Shown here piece by piece: positions 35,728-48,764 of a stretch of 64,000 nt of DNA. Every line of letters begins with the position of its first letter. Position 1 is the stretch's first letter. Origin of the DNA: Cetorhinus maximus (taxonomy: Eukaryota). Below the pieces are notes generated by a model. The model made no database searches and was not told where the DNA came from. It saw nothing but the letters and a program-made list of their open reading frames with translations. Location of the stretch: positions 18,538,001 to 18,602,000 of the forward strand of contig NC_135896.1 of assembly GCF_964194155.1 (NCBI RefSeq). The letters run 5' to 3'. Position numbers and translations under genes: made by a program.

Positions 35728-35866
35728 AGAACTCTGAAGACGAGTCATATGGACTTGAAAGGTTAACTTTGTTGCTATCTGCGCGCATGCTGCCAGACCT
35801 GCTGAGTTTTTCCAGCATTTTCTGTTTTTATTTCAGATTTCCAGCAACTGCAGTATTTTGCTTTTA
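35728..35866 (+). mobile_element. Penelope-like element 3' remnant with intact CTGAAGA core
   Basis: ctgaaga-c-gagtc-atatg-gactt-gaaa-ggttaact; downstream family sequence. Confidence 0.65.
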
Positions 35867-36693
35867 CATTAAATTGTTTTGATGTTTGGCAGAAAAAAAT
35901 ATTGATTCCAAACGATGTCCCATGCTTGCAGCAATTTCCATATTTTTTGCTAAAAGAATATTGCAATATCCTTGATTGTGTTATCTATATTACAAGCACA
36001 TTTGCACACCTCAGTATGTCAGCTGAGGTGGCTAAATATTTATCTGCAAAATACGGCCTCTACTATTTTTTTTCCTTCTTTAGAGTTGTACAGCTGTATG
36101 CAGTTCTCATGAGAGGCTGTGTCTCACAGCTATCATTACATGTGTTTTCATTTGCAGTGGTTTTCTCACAGCTGTACCCTATGTCTTAATGAACACACCA
36201 GTCGACCACCACTGTCCTTTCTGTTACACACAAAAAAAGGACTTATTGAATTTAAGTAATTACAGTTCTCCACTTGCAGTTGCCAAGCAACCTAAACTCT
36301 GAACAATTAGATTTGTGGCCCTCCCCAAAGACTGCTGGGATATTACCAGCAGTTAAGCATCAAGCTGACCCAATAAAGGAACCCCCAGGTGAATTTGCGA
36401 GATAAAAAAAACGAAAAGCCAGCTTTGCTCTACTATAATTATACAATGGTTTAATTAGCCAGACACTGAATTCTTCCTCAACACATCTAGAAGGAGACTG
36501 TTAACTAGCGTTCAACTGGTAGTGCTTGATCAGTTGATTTTATCTTTTACTATTTCTGCAGCAGTCCAACATTGTGCAGGGCCATTGGCCGGGTCAGCAA
36601 ATGCACTCTCTTTTGAATTCAACCTCTGTTTTAAACCATCTCATGACTTAGTCTGAGCATTGTCTCTTCATCTCAGGGGCAACTGAAACTTCA

Positions 36694-37596
36694 GGGGTTG
36701 GATATTAGCTTGGCAGTAGGAGGAGGGGTTGGGAATTATGGGTTTTCCACACGTACTGTGGTTTTTCTGTACATTTTCCATTGACAGGCAGCCTGATTGG
36801 CAGGTTGGCTGCTGTCAGGCGGGAAAGCCTGCATCATAGCGCCACAGCCAAGATGGCGGAAAGCAGGTAGGTCTGCTCCAGCGGCAGGAGAAATTGTTGG
36901 AGGTGGGGGGGGCGTTGGATGATGGTTGGAGGGGCTCTGCGGTGTTTGGGGGGGATGGGGAGGGGTGTTTCTGATATGGGAGGGGGTATGATTGTGGAAC
37001 GGGAGCAGAGCAGATGGTACACCTGGAGAAAACACTCCTGATCCTCCTGGCTCAGAAGTGGTACTGTAAATACACTTACCTAATGGGACCCAACCCTCCT
37101 CGCCTCCTTTCACCTACCGACTTTCCCGATGCCAGGGAAATTGGTAATCACTGTTAAAATTACAGCATCAAAATATTTACGTAACCAACCTACCTGCTAT
37201 GCCTTGCGGTTCCCAGAAGTCCAAAATAATCATACTTTTTTACACAAATACTAGTGCTTACATCGAGCATCTTTTTCGCGTCTATCCATGTGAGTGGCAG
37301 AACGATGCAATGTTGGTTCAGAACATAGACTGTCATGCTGTAGTGAGTGGTGTGGTACCCTGGGTACTCATGTATACATGCCCATGAACAATATAGTTCC
37401 TAGATCATTTTTAAATACTATAACACTATAAAACTGCCTCCTGTGAGCAGATTGCTCAACCACCCCTTGTCCTGCTTCCAATAAAACCAGGAATGGATGA
37501 GTTTGAGTTGGGTTGAGTAGCTACTTAAGATCTTTAGCTTTTTAACCTCCTACACAAACCAAACCCACATATTTTTTGGGGTTAAAATTATCCCCC
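36694..37596. mobile_element. Older GGG-ended non-autonomous DNA transposon (MITE-like)
   Basis: Ends GGGGTTGGATATT / AAAATTATCCCCC; G-rich interior. Confidence 0.4.
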
Positions 37597-37987
37597 AAGT
37601 TTCAATCTTAACTAGTTTGAAAAATACCAATTTAGATTGGCTTGGAAATCCAGGCATATTTTGTGCCCATTTCTATTTTTGCCTTCCATTCTCAGGCTCC
37701 TTGGTTATTGGCAGCGAGCACTTCCACACTATGCCCTCTGTTCTATAATGTACAGGAGGGGTATTATCCAGGACTGCAGCAATCAATCTACTGCTTTTAA
37801 CTCTCATGTCCTGATGTAACCTAGCAACTTGACATTTATGCTGCGGGGTGGTGGGGTGGCGGGGGCACTGGGATCCTGGTCAAGCGTAAAACCCCAGCCC
37901 ATTTTGCTAAACATTAGTGAACCAAAAAATAATTCTGAATTGCCAAGCATTTATTGTATGAAGTTTATAGCCCTTTAAGAACTTTAA

Positions 37988-38720
37988 GGGGAGGATTTAT
38001 GGGTTGTCAGGTGGGCATGGTGTGGGGGGATGGGGGGTGGGGGGGTGGCGGGGTGTGGGCCTGGGAGTGGCTGGGAAACGGTCCTCCGCCTGTGATAAGC
38101 CACTGACCGCAATTTCATGCCGGCTGACCAATTAATGACCGGCCAGCGTGAAAGGCGTGTTGAAAAGCTCAGCGCTGCCGGGGTTGGGGGTGGGGGGTGG
38201 GACGAATGCGAGGGCAAAGGTCTGTGCACGTGCCGGGGTGGGGGTGGGGGATTGCGCACTGAAAGCTCCCTGAAGGCAGGGAGCTACCTCAGGGAGCTGA
38301 ACAATTTTAAAATCAAAAGTAAAGATTTTTAAAATTTAAAAAAAAATGTCCCGACATGGGACTCACTCATAATAACACGACCAGAATAAAAAGATCTGCC
38401 CCAAAATTTACATTTGCTTTTTTATTTAATTGTGGAAACCTCACCCCGGTTGAGGTTTGCTTAAAAAACAATCAAAAGGCCGCCGGGCCGATTCGCCCGC
38501 CCGCCAACATAAGGTTGGACAGACAGCAAAACATCTGCCTAAACGAATTGATTAGGGGCCTTAATAAAAGCCTCTTAATTGTCGGTCGACGCGCTCCCGC
38601 CAACCGAAATATTGCGCGAGTGCGCGATGTGGTCGGGTCGCTCGCCCGACGTCATCAGGCACTATTTTACGCCCGATTGGGTCGGGTGCGCACCCAACCA
38701 CAGGACATTAAATCCTGCCC
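37988..38720 (+). mobile_element. Harbinger-family MITE
   Basis: TIRs GGGGAGGATTTA / TAAATCCTGCCC, flanks TAA/TGA; shared caattaa..ggcc and cccgacgtcat motifs. Confidence 0.8.
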
Positions 38721-38844
38721 TGAGAAGAAATGGTCGGTATTTTAACTTTTAACTAAATGCCGGTCGGACAACAAGGTGCCTGAGTCAAAAACATGAGCTT
38801 GACCCGCACTTCATAATGTGAGCACATAACCTTGTTTAAAAAAT

Positions 38845-39170
38845 AATGACCTTAGGATGTACCAAAGCACTTAACAGTCGATGAAGCACTATTGAAGAGT
38901 AGTCGCTGTTGTAATGTAGGAAACGCGGTCGTAGAGCACGCTCCCACAAACAGAAATGTGCTGACCAGATATTCTGTTTTTGTGATGCTGATTGAGGGAT
39001 AAATATTGTCGAGGACACCGGGAATAACTCCCCTGCACTTCTTGAAAATAGTGCCATGGGATCTTTTATGTCCAACTCAGAGAGAACATGAGGCCTTGGT
39101 TGAACATCTCATCCGAAAACTGGAACCTCCGACAGTGCAGCACTCCCACAGTCCGCACTGGAATACTACA
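38845..39170 (-). mobile_element. Deu-domain SINE
   Basis: Reverse complement of core (ttgagggataaatattg, aatagtgccatgggatctttta). Confidence 0.75.
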
Positions 39171-40064
39171 GTGCAGTACTGGGGAGGGTGGCACTATTTT
39201 GCACAGGGTAAGTAACGTGGGCACTACCATGTTACTTCATCTGGTCTAAGAGCCTGGAAGACGCTGGAGTGCTCTGTAACAGCTGCCTGTGCCACCGTGT
39301 GAACTGCCAAGATGTGGGACAAGACCCGCAACCCCCTCTCCCAACCTAGAGGTTCTGGGTAACAAGGTGCTCAGCCCACAGAGCGAGCTGGGAACTCATT
39401 CCAATTAGGGACCGGCACAAGCCACAGAGCGCCAAAGTCAGAAGCTAGAAAGAGGAGAAACTGGTGTAGGAAATCAGGAAACAAAAACGATCACACAAAC
39501 CCCTGACCCATCACTAATGTACTCTTTCAGAATCCTCATTAACTATCGCAGCTATTCAACAACAAAAGAAAAAATTTTCTGAGGTGGACATTTATTTTTT
39601 TATACCTCTTTGCCAGCTGTTTTTCTGTCATCCAGATTTAATATGCAATTGCATGTATTTGCATATTAAAGGTCTAATTAGCTCCTGAGAGCATGTGTGT
39701 GAGAGTGGTAATAATTAGTGCGATACCCGCCTGGGACCAATCTCTGGTGCATTCTTGTAGAATCCTGTGCCTTGTGCTGGTCTCTTGGAGTTAGTAGTGA
39801 CCATGTGCAGTTTGTAGTTGTCTTTGTTCCCAGACGCAGAGGGGCTGTACTGCATATGACTCCATTCTTGTACTTTTCGTCTCTTTGAAGTGTCTTGTCT
39901 GATCTCACTGAATTGTTTGTCATTAAACCAGATGTTGAAACTCCGACACTGTGATCATGGCAAGTTTTTTTTAAAAAAATCAAATTTTATTCCTTACATC
40001 ACGCTAAACAGTCCCCAGCCACTCTGAGAGCGAAGGTCTCAGTTAACCCATTCCTTTTGCAGAT

Positions 40065-41313
40065 GGGAGAAGAGTCGTTTTACCCGCCGGCCGCAGTGGC
40101 AGGTTTTTGCGCCGTATTGTCCCATTCCTGCCCCATTCATTCTACAGCCGCAGGAAACATGCCATCTTGCCAGGTGGACGGCCTCCAATTTTGCCGCCAT
40201 GCCATTACCTCACCGCTTCCTCACGCAGGACGCCATATTTAAACTGCAGGCACACGCACACTTCTCAATACTTGTACCCCAGGACTGCTCCGGTGAAGAC
40301 ATGGCTCCAAAAGCCAAGAAGTGTGCAGCCCCCCCGATTCAGTGACGCATCCCTGGGACGCCTTCTGGATGCCACGGGGGCCTGGCATGATGTCCTCTAT
40401 GCCCCGTTCTGGCTGTAGGAGGCCCAACAGTCTCTCTGCTCTGGCTAGGGAGGCGGTGGCAGAAGTGGTCAGTGCCAATGCTGCATACAAAAGGTCTGCC
40501 ATCTAGTGCAGAAAATAGATGAATGATGTCATCTGTGCCACCAGGGTAAGGCAACCATCTCATCCTTCTAAACTCACACACTCACAAGCCCATCACACAT
40601 TCACTGGCATCTCACTCACTGCCAGCTCAAGAGACATCACCACTCACTCTCTCACACACACCCCCTCATTTCCACTGGCCTCATCTCCTCTGGAGACTGC
40701 CTCCTCAGCCCTCACCATCGTTGGGCCACTTGCATAGATCAACATGTACCCCCACACACACCCTGGGATACCCCCCTTCCCCAGTACAGCCCTCACCCTG
40801 CAACCTCTTTCCCTGCCTGAGGCCACTTTTCCCCCTTCCCCAAGCAAGCCCTAGCCCTGCAGCTATTGAAAACCCACCCCCGCCTTACAGCCTGTCTAGG
40901 TAAAGACCTGCCTGTGAGCCCCTCCCGTAAAAGTGATGCAGTGCTGCCTGTGAAGCCTGGCGCTGATGACCACGAGCGCTGCCCGAAGCAAGGTCGGCAA
41001 ACAAACCTCGAAGTCCCGAGTGAAGTGCAGCTCGCCAGGTGCACGTTGCTTAAGTATAGTTGTGAAACACTGCCCGGATGATCCAATGTGGGGTGATGAT
41101 TCCGGCGAGCAGGGCTTATAATGGGATGCTAAGGTATTGAAATTAGGCTCCCGATGTTTGGCGGCGGGAAACGTAGCCTGCAATTGACAGGTGGAGTGGA
41201 CGATGGCAAGCTGGTTTCACGACTGCGACAATTTTTGGCCTTCTCGCCATATTGACCCCCTCCCCCCACCCACCATGACACCCGACGCCAATGGGGCCGG
41301 AAAATTCCGGACC
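40065..41313 (+). mobile_element. Harbinger deletion derivative retaining only a Myb/SANT-like exon
   Basis: Right TIR-like GGAAAATTCCGGACC; Myb remnant inside; no transposase sequence; left end degraded (approximate). Confidence 0.6.
40301..40545 (+). pseudogene. Harbinger Myb/SANT-like exon 1 remnant (different subfamily from 26471)
   Basis: MAPKAKKCAAPRFSDASLGRLLDA...HDVLY/PRSGCRRP...EAVAEVVSANAAYKRSAI*CRK*MNDVICATR followed by |gtaagg donor; frameshifts and stops. Confidence 0.75.
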
Positions 41314-42707
41314 TTAAGCTACGATCAGGAATACCTATCAAGAGCTAATTTTAGCAAAAAATATAGAGATATTTGTAAGAAGTGTTAGTTTTTTAGTCAT
41401 ATCTTTTTTTGCCAAAATGATAGGACATGAATTTTGGTCCTGATATTGTTAGGAACTTCTGATTGTGAATAACTTTCTTCACTGATCCCTTGTAAAGCCT
41501 GTCGGAACAAATGAACAGGAATAGACCATCCAGCTTTTCAAATCTGCTCCGCCTTTCAAATAGTTGTCTTTCAGCCCTTAATAAGATATATTTCATTTTT
41601 CCTTGTGGCCCAATTGGTAAGTGAAATTCCCAGGGCAGCCATATAGGCCAAGAAGTTTGTAGGCCTGTGTGTTTTAGTTAGCTGATCTTGGCCAGTGCAA
41701 AGGATGCGCAGGGAAGGCATAAATCAGCCTAGACCCAGTTCATGATTGCATTCGAGAGACTGCAGCTTGAAAAGTGGGGAGATCAGGCATTGACAGGAAA
41801 GACTTTATCTGTGATGACCTCAAGTCAAAATGGACTACCTTGGCTCAGTTGTGGCTGCTTGGGAGGGGTGTTTTAGGTTAGCCAACATTGATGGAACCAT
41901 GCCTCAGCCAGAGTAAGGAGAGGCAGGGAGAAAAATGGAGGGGGTGGAATTCATTTTTAAAAAGACATGCTTCTTTGTGATGAACATCCACTGAACGGAG
42001 ACCATGGGCGGAATCTTGCTAAGGCAAGGGTCCCACCTGCCGGCTGGGGAGCCGGCAAGAGATCCATGCTGCCTCTTTTTGGGAAGGCCCGGCAAAACAC
42101 AAGATGGTCATTAATTGGCCACTTGAAGGCCTCAATTGGCAACAGGGCAGGAAGGTTGACCATGGGCCTTCCTGCCCAGAACTTAATTCTGGCGGAGGGG
42201 GGAAGGTGGCAGGGTTCCAATACTCCACCTTCCGGCCTAATTGTATGCCCTTCCCACCTCCAAGCTCGTCACCAGCGAGAGACACAAGGTTTGGCCCCAT
42301 CTCTCACAACACGATCTGAACTGAGTTTAAGCATCAAAATAACAGACCAGTTAAGCAAGTGACAGGTAATTTTCCTAGCTCCTGGTGTTAGGGGGGAGAC
42401 TTTCTCATTGGCTGTGCATGTGTGGCCCATGATTTCAATCTATAGCGGGCACAGAATTGAAGAATTGAGGGCAATGCGTGGCCTGAAAGAGAGGCTTGGT
42501 GCTGAACACACTGGTTCAATATCCTTGTTGAAGTTACAGCATATGTACAATGTTCCAAAAAGGGACTAAAATGGAAGATTTTTGCCCATGGTAACAGATT
42601 CATGATGCAGCAGTTTCTCAAGTCTTTTTCAGCTGAATAGTTGAATAGAAATGTTTTGCCACTCTGTTGTAGTAGTCATTGCTTCAAACTGTCCCAGAAA
42701 ACACAAT

Positions 42708-43315
42708 GGGCAGAGTTTTGCCCATGATGGGCGGGCGGGCCCCACCGGCTCGGCAGTGGGCGGGCAGCCGATCGCCGCCGCCGAAACGGGTCCTGCCGGG
42801 CTGACGGGAAGCGCTATGCACTTCCTGTGTGGGGGAGGGAGGGATCCCCCAACTGTCAGAGGGCTGTGCAAAGTGCTGCCTCAGGGAGATCGCTGAAAGG
42901 CTGGCAAATATAATAAATAGAACAATAAAAAATTCATTAACATGTTCCCCCTCATGTGAAAATGTCACACGAGATGGGACATGTTAATAACAAAAGCTTT
43001 ATTAAACTTTTTTCAAACTGCTATCAAACCTCATCCCGCCACTGGATAAGGTTTGTTAAAAAACCTCCTCCCCGCCTGCCCGTTGGGCCCGTGCGCCGAG
43101 CCGAAGTTCGCACGGGCCCCTCAAAATCGTCGACGATTGGCAAGTTAAGGGCCTTAACGAGGCCTTTAATTAATGGCGGGCGTGCGTCCCACTGCATAGC
43201 GCGCCCGCCAACCGAAATATCGCGATGTCCGCGCTGACGTCGGGACGCTCGCGCGACATTTTAAGCGCTGGCGTGTGGACTCCGCCACCCGCACGCCCGC
43301 CAGAAGATTCAGCCC
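42708..43315 (+). mobile_element. Harbinger-family MITE
   Basis: TIRs GGGCAGAGTTTT (identical to Harbinger left end at 26223) / AAGATTCAGCCC, flanks AAT/AAG. Confidence 0.82.
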
Positions 43316-43429
43316 AAGGTTGCAACTGAGATGAAACTGGTCAGATTTGTCCATTAAACTCCCTTTTTTCTCCGTTCCAGCCTATATTCAAAATTGACAT
43401 TCAATTTATAACAAAGAATTGTAAATATT

Positions 43430-43730
43430 AGAAGTGTAGTCCTTTTTTAAACTCTGGCTGATGTCAGCGAGAGTTGATGATTGCTTGGATTTTGGTGTGC
43501 AGTAGGATATAGGCAGCAGAGTTTTGAATGAACTGAAGTTTATGTAAGGTGGAGAATAACGAGAATACAGGGAAACATTGGAATAGTTGAGTCTGGAAGT
43601 GTCAGATGCGTGGTTGACGGTTTCAATGGCAAATGGGCTGAGGCAAGGGTAGGGGTGGGTGACTGTATGGAAGTAGGAATAGGCAGTCTTTTCGATGGAG
43701 TGTACACGGAGTCAGAAAGTCAGTACTAAG
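43430..43730 (-). mobile_element. Decayed L2 LINE fragment
   Basis: Reverse strand KTAY..., HAS.TSRLNYSN, LHKLQFIQNSAA-like L2 RT C-terminal remnants. Confidence 0.5.
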
Positions 43731-43755
43731 GGAAGGCTGCATTGTTTTAATGGAT

Positions 43756-43957
43756 AAAAGCAAAATACTGCGGATGCTGGAAATCTGAACAAAAACAAAA
43801 ATACCTGGAAAAACTCAGCAGGTCTGACAGCATCTGCGGAGAGGAATACAGTTAACGTTTCAAGTTTCATAAAATACGGACTCGAAACGTTAACTGTATT
43901 CCTCTCCGCAGATGCTGTCAGACCTGCTGAGTTTTTCCAGGTATTTTTGTTTTTGTT
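43756..43957. mobile_element. Inverted pair of Penelope-like remnants forming a fold-back
   Basis: 74-bp perfect inverted arms 43788-43861 and 43884-43957; direct repeat TTGTTTTAATGGAT on both flanks. Confidence 0.8.
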
Positions 43958-44283
43958 TTAATGGATGTTAAGTCACAGTACCAGCTGGCCATTTCAGCAT
44001 CGCAGTTAGACATAAACCTTCCATGACAGTATTTTAAATAATGGTCACTAGTTCTGTTGGTGTCTCCTGGACAACATTCAGATTAACTGGTCATCCCTCA
44101 CACTGCTCTTTGTTGAATCTTATTTTCCTACAGAATGTCAATCACTGCGCACAAGACCTGGAGGTAGGTCAGAGCACAAGTGAACGCTAAGGATTAAGGC
44201 CTGTCACACAAGAACTTGAGGACACAAGCAATAGGAAAGGTGTAGGGCCACTATTTATTTCCCTCTATTTCTTTTACACTTCC

Positions 44284-44324
<41 letters not shown>

Positions 44325-44358
44325 GACTCAGACACACAAACACAGACACACACACACA
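44284..44358 (+). repeat. (CT)n(CA)n compound microsatellite
   Basis: Direct reading. Confidence 0.9.
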
Positions 44359-45898
44359 ATGTAAATTTCCTAAGGCACATTGTACACCAGATGATAAAAT
44401 GTTTCAGAAGGAGGTGAACATTATGTCATTCAATGCACAGTGCACCATTTTTCTGCCTGGGGGCTACTGTGGAACGTTGAGTCCAATTGATGGTAGGTAA
44501 ACATTATATGAGTTCACTCAAAGATTAAATGCTCTTCGGGATTCCAATCAGAACATTGGCTGTTCATGGAAAGGTTAATTAAGGATTTGAAACCAGTGCT
44601 TCCATTCTTTCTGTTTCTGTAGAGTTTACCTGGGTTTTTGAAATGCCTGTCAAGAGTTTTGCCTCGAATAATATCTTATAAATAGCCAGCAAGTGTGATG
44701 TTTACATGACAGGAAGTGACTACAGATCTACCATTTTTAATATATATCCTACCCCACTTCTTACCTATCAATCAACAGGGGACTTGCCAGCAACCAGTTT
44801 GCACCCCTCAACCCTTTCTTCACATTTTGGCTCAACAGAGTCTTTTTTTTCTTTCCCTCACGATGAATAGGATGTCTTTCTGTTTCTGTTCTGCTATTTT
44901 TGCTTCTCTTGAAACATGGCAGGATATACCATGATTCTTGTGACATGCAGAGGAAAGTTATAAGTAGAAACGTATTTAGGTAAGGATGAACTTGGGATTT
45001 TTCTTGTGTTTTTTTTTGTTAATTACGTAACATAGTTATGGTGGAGGGACTATCATGGCAGCTGGATTTAACAGAGAATCATAGAAACGTATAGCACAGA
45101 AGGAGGCCATTTGACTCATTGTGCCTCTGCTGGCTCTTTGAATGAGGGGTTTTGCATGGCCCCACACTTCATGCTTATGCTTTTGTTCAGTCTCAAGCAG
45201 TCTCTCTCTCTCTCTTTCTCCTCTCTCTCTCTCTCTCCATCCATTTAGAGCATGGCATTGCTGAAATGAATCAATTAAATTGGGTCTTTGTCAGAAGTAG
45301 CCTGCCATGTCGGTGCATATCAGGACTGCCATTAGTTACGTGAAAAACGCAGCTCATTCATTTGCAAAAGTCTTGCAGCATGGGTCACACAACGGTTCCT
45401 GTGAGCTGCGGTTTTCCACAATGGATACAGGTCCCTGTGCGTGCATATTTTGTATAAGAACGGGAGTAAGGTATTTAGCCCCTCCGGTCTGTTCTGGCAT
45501 TCACTGAGTTCATGGCTAATCTGTGACCTAACTCCGAGCATATGTTTACATTTGGGTCTCTATTATTGGGCTCCTGAATGTGGAGAGTTAGCTGGCCACT
45601 GGAGTACGAAAAGGGATAGTTTACCCAGGCCCCAGGGTCTTGTGAAACCTGACAGGGTACACCACAAGATTGGTGGAAGAAGCTGCTGGGGCCAAGCATA
45701 TGGGATGTTTTAATGAACTTTTAGTGCATTTATTATGCAAAATGTTTATTATAGGGGTAAAATTGAGTGAATGAAAAACTGTCATGGCAGTTCTATCACA
45801 GGAAACAGTCCTGTTCATTTTTTGGGCATGATTTGAAAGGGTGAAAGTTGAAATTTGCGAGAAAGGTTCAGTGATTAAATGGTAAATGATAAAATTAA

Positions 45899-46212
45899 AG
45901 AAAGACTTGCATTTATATAGCATACTGTATGACCTCAGGGCCTCAGAATCTTTACAGCTAATGAAACGCTACTGTTATAATGTAGAAAACGTGTCAGCCA
46001 ATCTGCACACAGCAAGCTCCTACAAACAGCAAGGTAATAATGAGCTGATAATCCGTTTCTAGTGATGTTGGCTGGGAGATAAATATTAGCCAGAATACCA
46101 ATAATAGCTTCCCTGCTCTTCTTTGACCCTTTATTTTGTGAACAATGGCTAATTACCTACCTACCCATGCTCACCTGAGAGAATAGACAGGACCTTGGTT
46201 TAACGTCTCTCT
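45899..46212 (-). mobile_element. Deu-domain SINE (partial)
   Basis: gaaagacttgcatttatatagc tail in reverse; gataaatatt core. Confidence 0.7.
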
Positions 46213-47554
46213 GAGAAACAGATGATAACCAATTGGAAAGGAGAGAGACACGAAAATATAATCAATGAGAAAGCAGAAAGTAATGAGGAAGAATAAAATT
46301 GACACAGTCACTATGCAGAGGATGCTGCTGACAGAAATAAGAACAGTACAACATTTATACATAGATATTGCTTTAAAAGGATTGCAGTATCACCATGTGC
46401 CTGTTAGTGGCAATGTTGAAGCTTTGCCAGCCACTGGTCTCCACATTGCCACCAAATGGCATTTAGTGTTACTGCAGTTAAAACTCCCATTGTTTTATTC
46501 GTGCCAATTTTATTCATATGCAAGTGTGGTACTTAAAAAGGTTTGGCTCTACAGTAGCCAAAGTACATTGATACCAATGCTTACTTTTTAATTGACTTCA
46601 TTGTTGAATTTATAGATCACTGTAAAGAGGGAAACTGCAGTTTAAGTGAATACATACATTTTTATTATCACAAGCCTTGATGTTACCCTGGATTTATTGC
46701 AAAACAATTATGAAACACTGGTTTTAGTCATTTATGTTTATTTAGTTCAGTGTAATGCAAGCAACATGATTTGAATGTTGGGTTGAGTAAACAAAAGTAT
46801 AAAAGGTTTCCCTAATGCCTTTTCATGAAGGTAGTGTCCTTTAATGTCTGTGTGTATATGTGTGTGTGCATGTTTGTGTATGTAAATATAGATAGATATA
46901 TACATCTGTATATATGGATAATTAAAGATATAGATAAATAAGATTATTTGACCACCTAAACTGCACCAAAAGAGGCAGAAGCAGGTTTGCCATCAGGTCC
47001 TAGCATTGTACAAGCAGTTGTTAATGTGCAGGCCCATTTAAACCTCAATTTCTGGGCCTATGGCAAACCTTGCTATTGTATTTTACATTTCTTACTCCCT
47101 GCCTGTTCTACAATATGCCCTCAATCCACTTTCCTGTATTACCTAGACATCACTCTTTTGGTTATTGGTGATCAGGTGCCAGATTGACATGGTATAGCCT
47201 GACTGTTGTAATTGGTGAGTACCAGTAAGATCACTGGGGGCAGTTGAATCGAATAATGTGAGGAATTTACTCAGTGGCAGTTGTAGTCATTGTTTGTACT
47301 CTTGCCGCTGAGTCAGGAGGTTGTGTATTCAAGCCCCAATTGACAGCACAAAATCCAGGCTGAAACTCTAGTGCATTACTGAGGAAATGCTGCACTGTCA
47401 GAGATGCCATCTTTCTGATGAGATAGCACATTGAGGCTTGATCTTGTCTTTTATGCCAATGTAAAAAAGACAATAATAATGGATTGTAGAGGAAGTTAAC
47501 AATGTTAGTAAAGAATTTAGTATGAAAACGAATGTTAAGAAGACAATCATTCTC

Positions 47555-48243
47555 ATACTAGCTGACAAGTGGCAAGTAACATTCGCGCCACAAAAGTGTC
47601 AAACAATGACCATCTCCAACAGGAGAGATTCCTGACGTTCATTGCCCCTTGATGTTCAATGGCATTACCATTATTGAATCCCTCACTATCAACATCCTGG
47701 GCATTACCGTTGACCAGAAACTGAACTGGACTAGCCATATAAATACTGTGGTTACAAGAGCAGGTCAGAGGCTAGGAATTGTGCGACAAGTAACTTACCT
47801 CCTGACACCCCAAAGCCTGTCCATCATCTACAAGGCATAAGTCAGGAGTGTGTTGGAATACTCCCAACTTGCCTGGATGAGTGCAACTCCCACAACACTC
47901 AAGAAGCTTGACACCGTCCAGGACAAAGCGACCTGCTTGATTGGCACCACATCCACAAACATTCAGTCCCTCTGCCACCGATGTACATTGCACAGTACAC
48001 ACCACCTGGCAGTTCCCCTCCAAGTCAGTCACCTGGAATTATACTTGGACTTGGAATTATATCGCTGTTCCTTCATTGTCGCTGGGTCAACATCCTGGAA
48101 TTCCCTTCCTAACAGCACTACACCACATGGACTGCAGAGGCTCAAGAAAGCAGCTCACCACCACCTTCTCAAGGGCAACTAGGGATGGGCAATAAATGCT
48201 GGCCCAGCCAGCAAAGCCCACATCCCGTGAATGAATAAAAAAC
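47555..48243 (+). mobile_element. CR1-clade LINE fragment, same family as 5962-7172
   Basis: ILGITVDQKLNWTSHINTV..RAGQRLG; LAWMSATPTTLKKLDTVQDKA; tail gggcaataaatgctggcccagcc...tgaatgaataaaa. Confidence 0.85.
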
Positions 48244-48339
48244 CCCAAATAATAGTTAATAGTAAGAAGCCCACAAAAGTTGACAAGCTCAGTTGACAGA
48301 ACCAATGCAGAACAAGTGAGCAAATTTGTGTACCTTGAT

Positions 48340-48750
48340 TCTCGATCATTATTGAAGATGCTAAATGTGGCACTGAAAATATCAGAGGATTTGAAAAAGC
48401 CAGAGGTATTTTCAACAAAATGAAGTTGATTCTAACAACAGAGGATCAGCCTGTGTATAAGAAAATGTTTGCTCAAACGCTATGTCTTCTCAATACTCTG
48501 GCTGTGAAACCTGGACTATAGGCAACCGAATGATCAAAGAAACTTAAAGTCTTTGAAATATGGGCATACAGAAGAATGCTTAAAGTATAGTGGAGAGAGA
48601 GAGAGAGAGAGAGAGTAAGCAATGAGAATGCCCTAGGGAGAATGAAATCCAGAAGAGGCATGATAGACATCATCAGCTGAAAATTTAATTATTTTGGCCA
48701 TTTGACAAGACACAACAATATAACTCTGCATTGAAGGCCACATCAAGGAG
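48340..48750 (+). mobile_element. Decayed RTE-clade LINE fragment
   Basis: gaaacctggac (ETW), tttgaaatatgggcatacagaagaatgctt (FE.W.YRRML), YFGH-like remnant. Confidence 0.55.
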
Positions 48751-48764
48751 CTGAAGAAGTACAA

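Noticed and set aside
46290-46350. TMQRMLLTEIRT resembles the expected next PPP1R37 segment (ETQKALLAEIQN)
   Set aside because: Upstream sequence is purine-rich with no pyrimidine tract, the nearest AG gives phase 1 (phase 0 needed) and similarity does not extend; likely chance.
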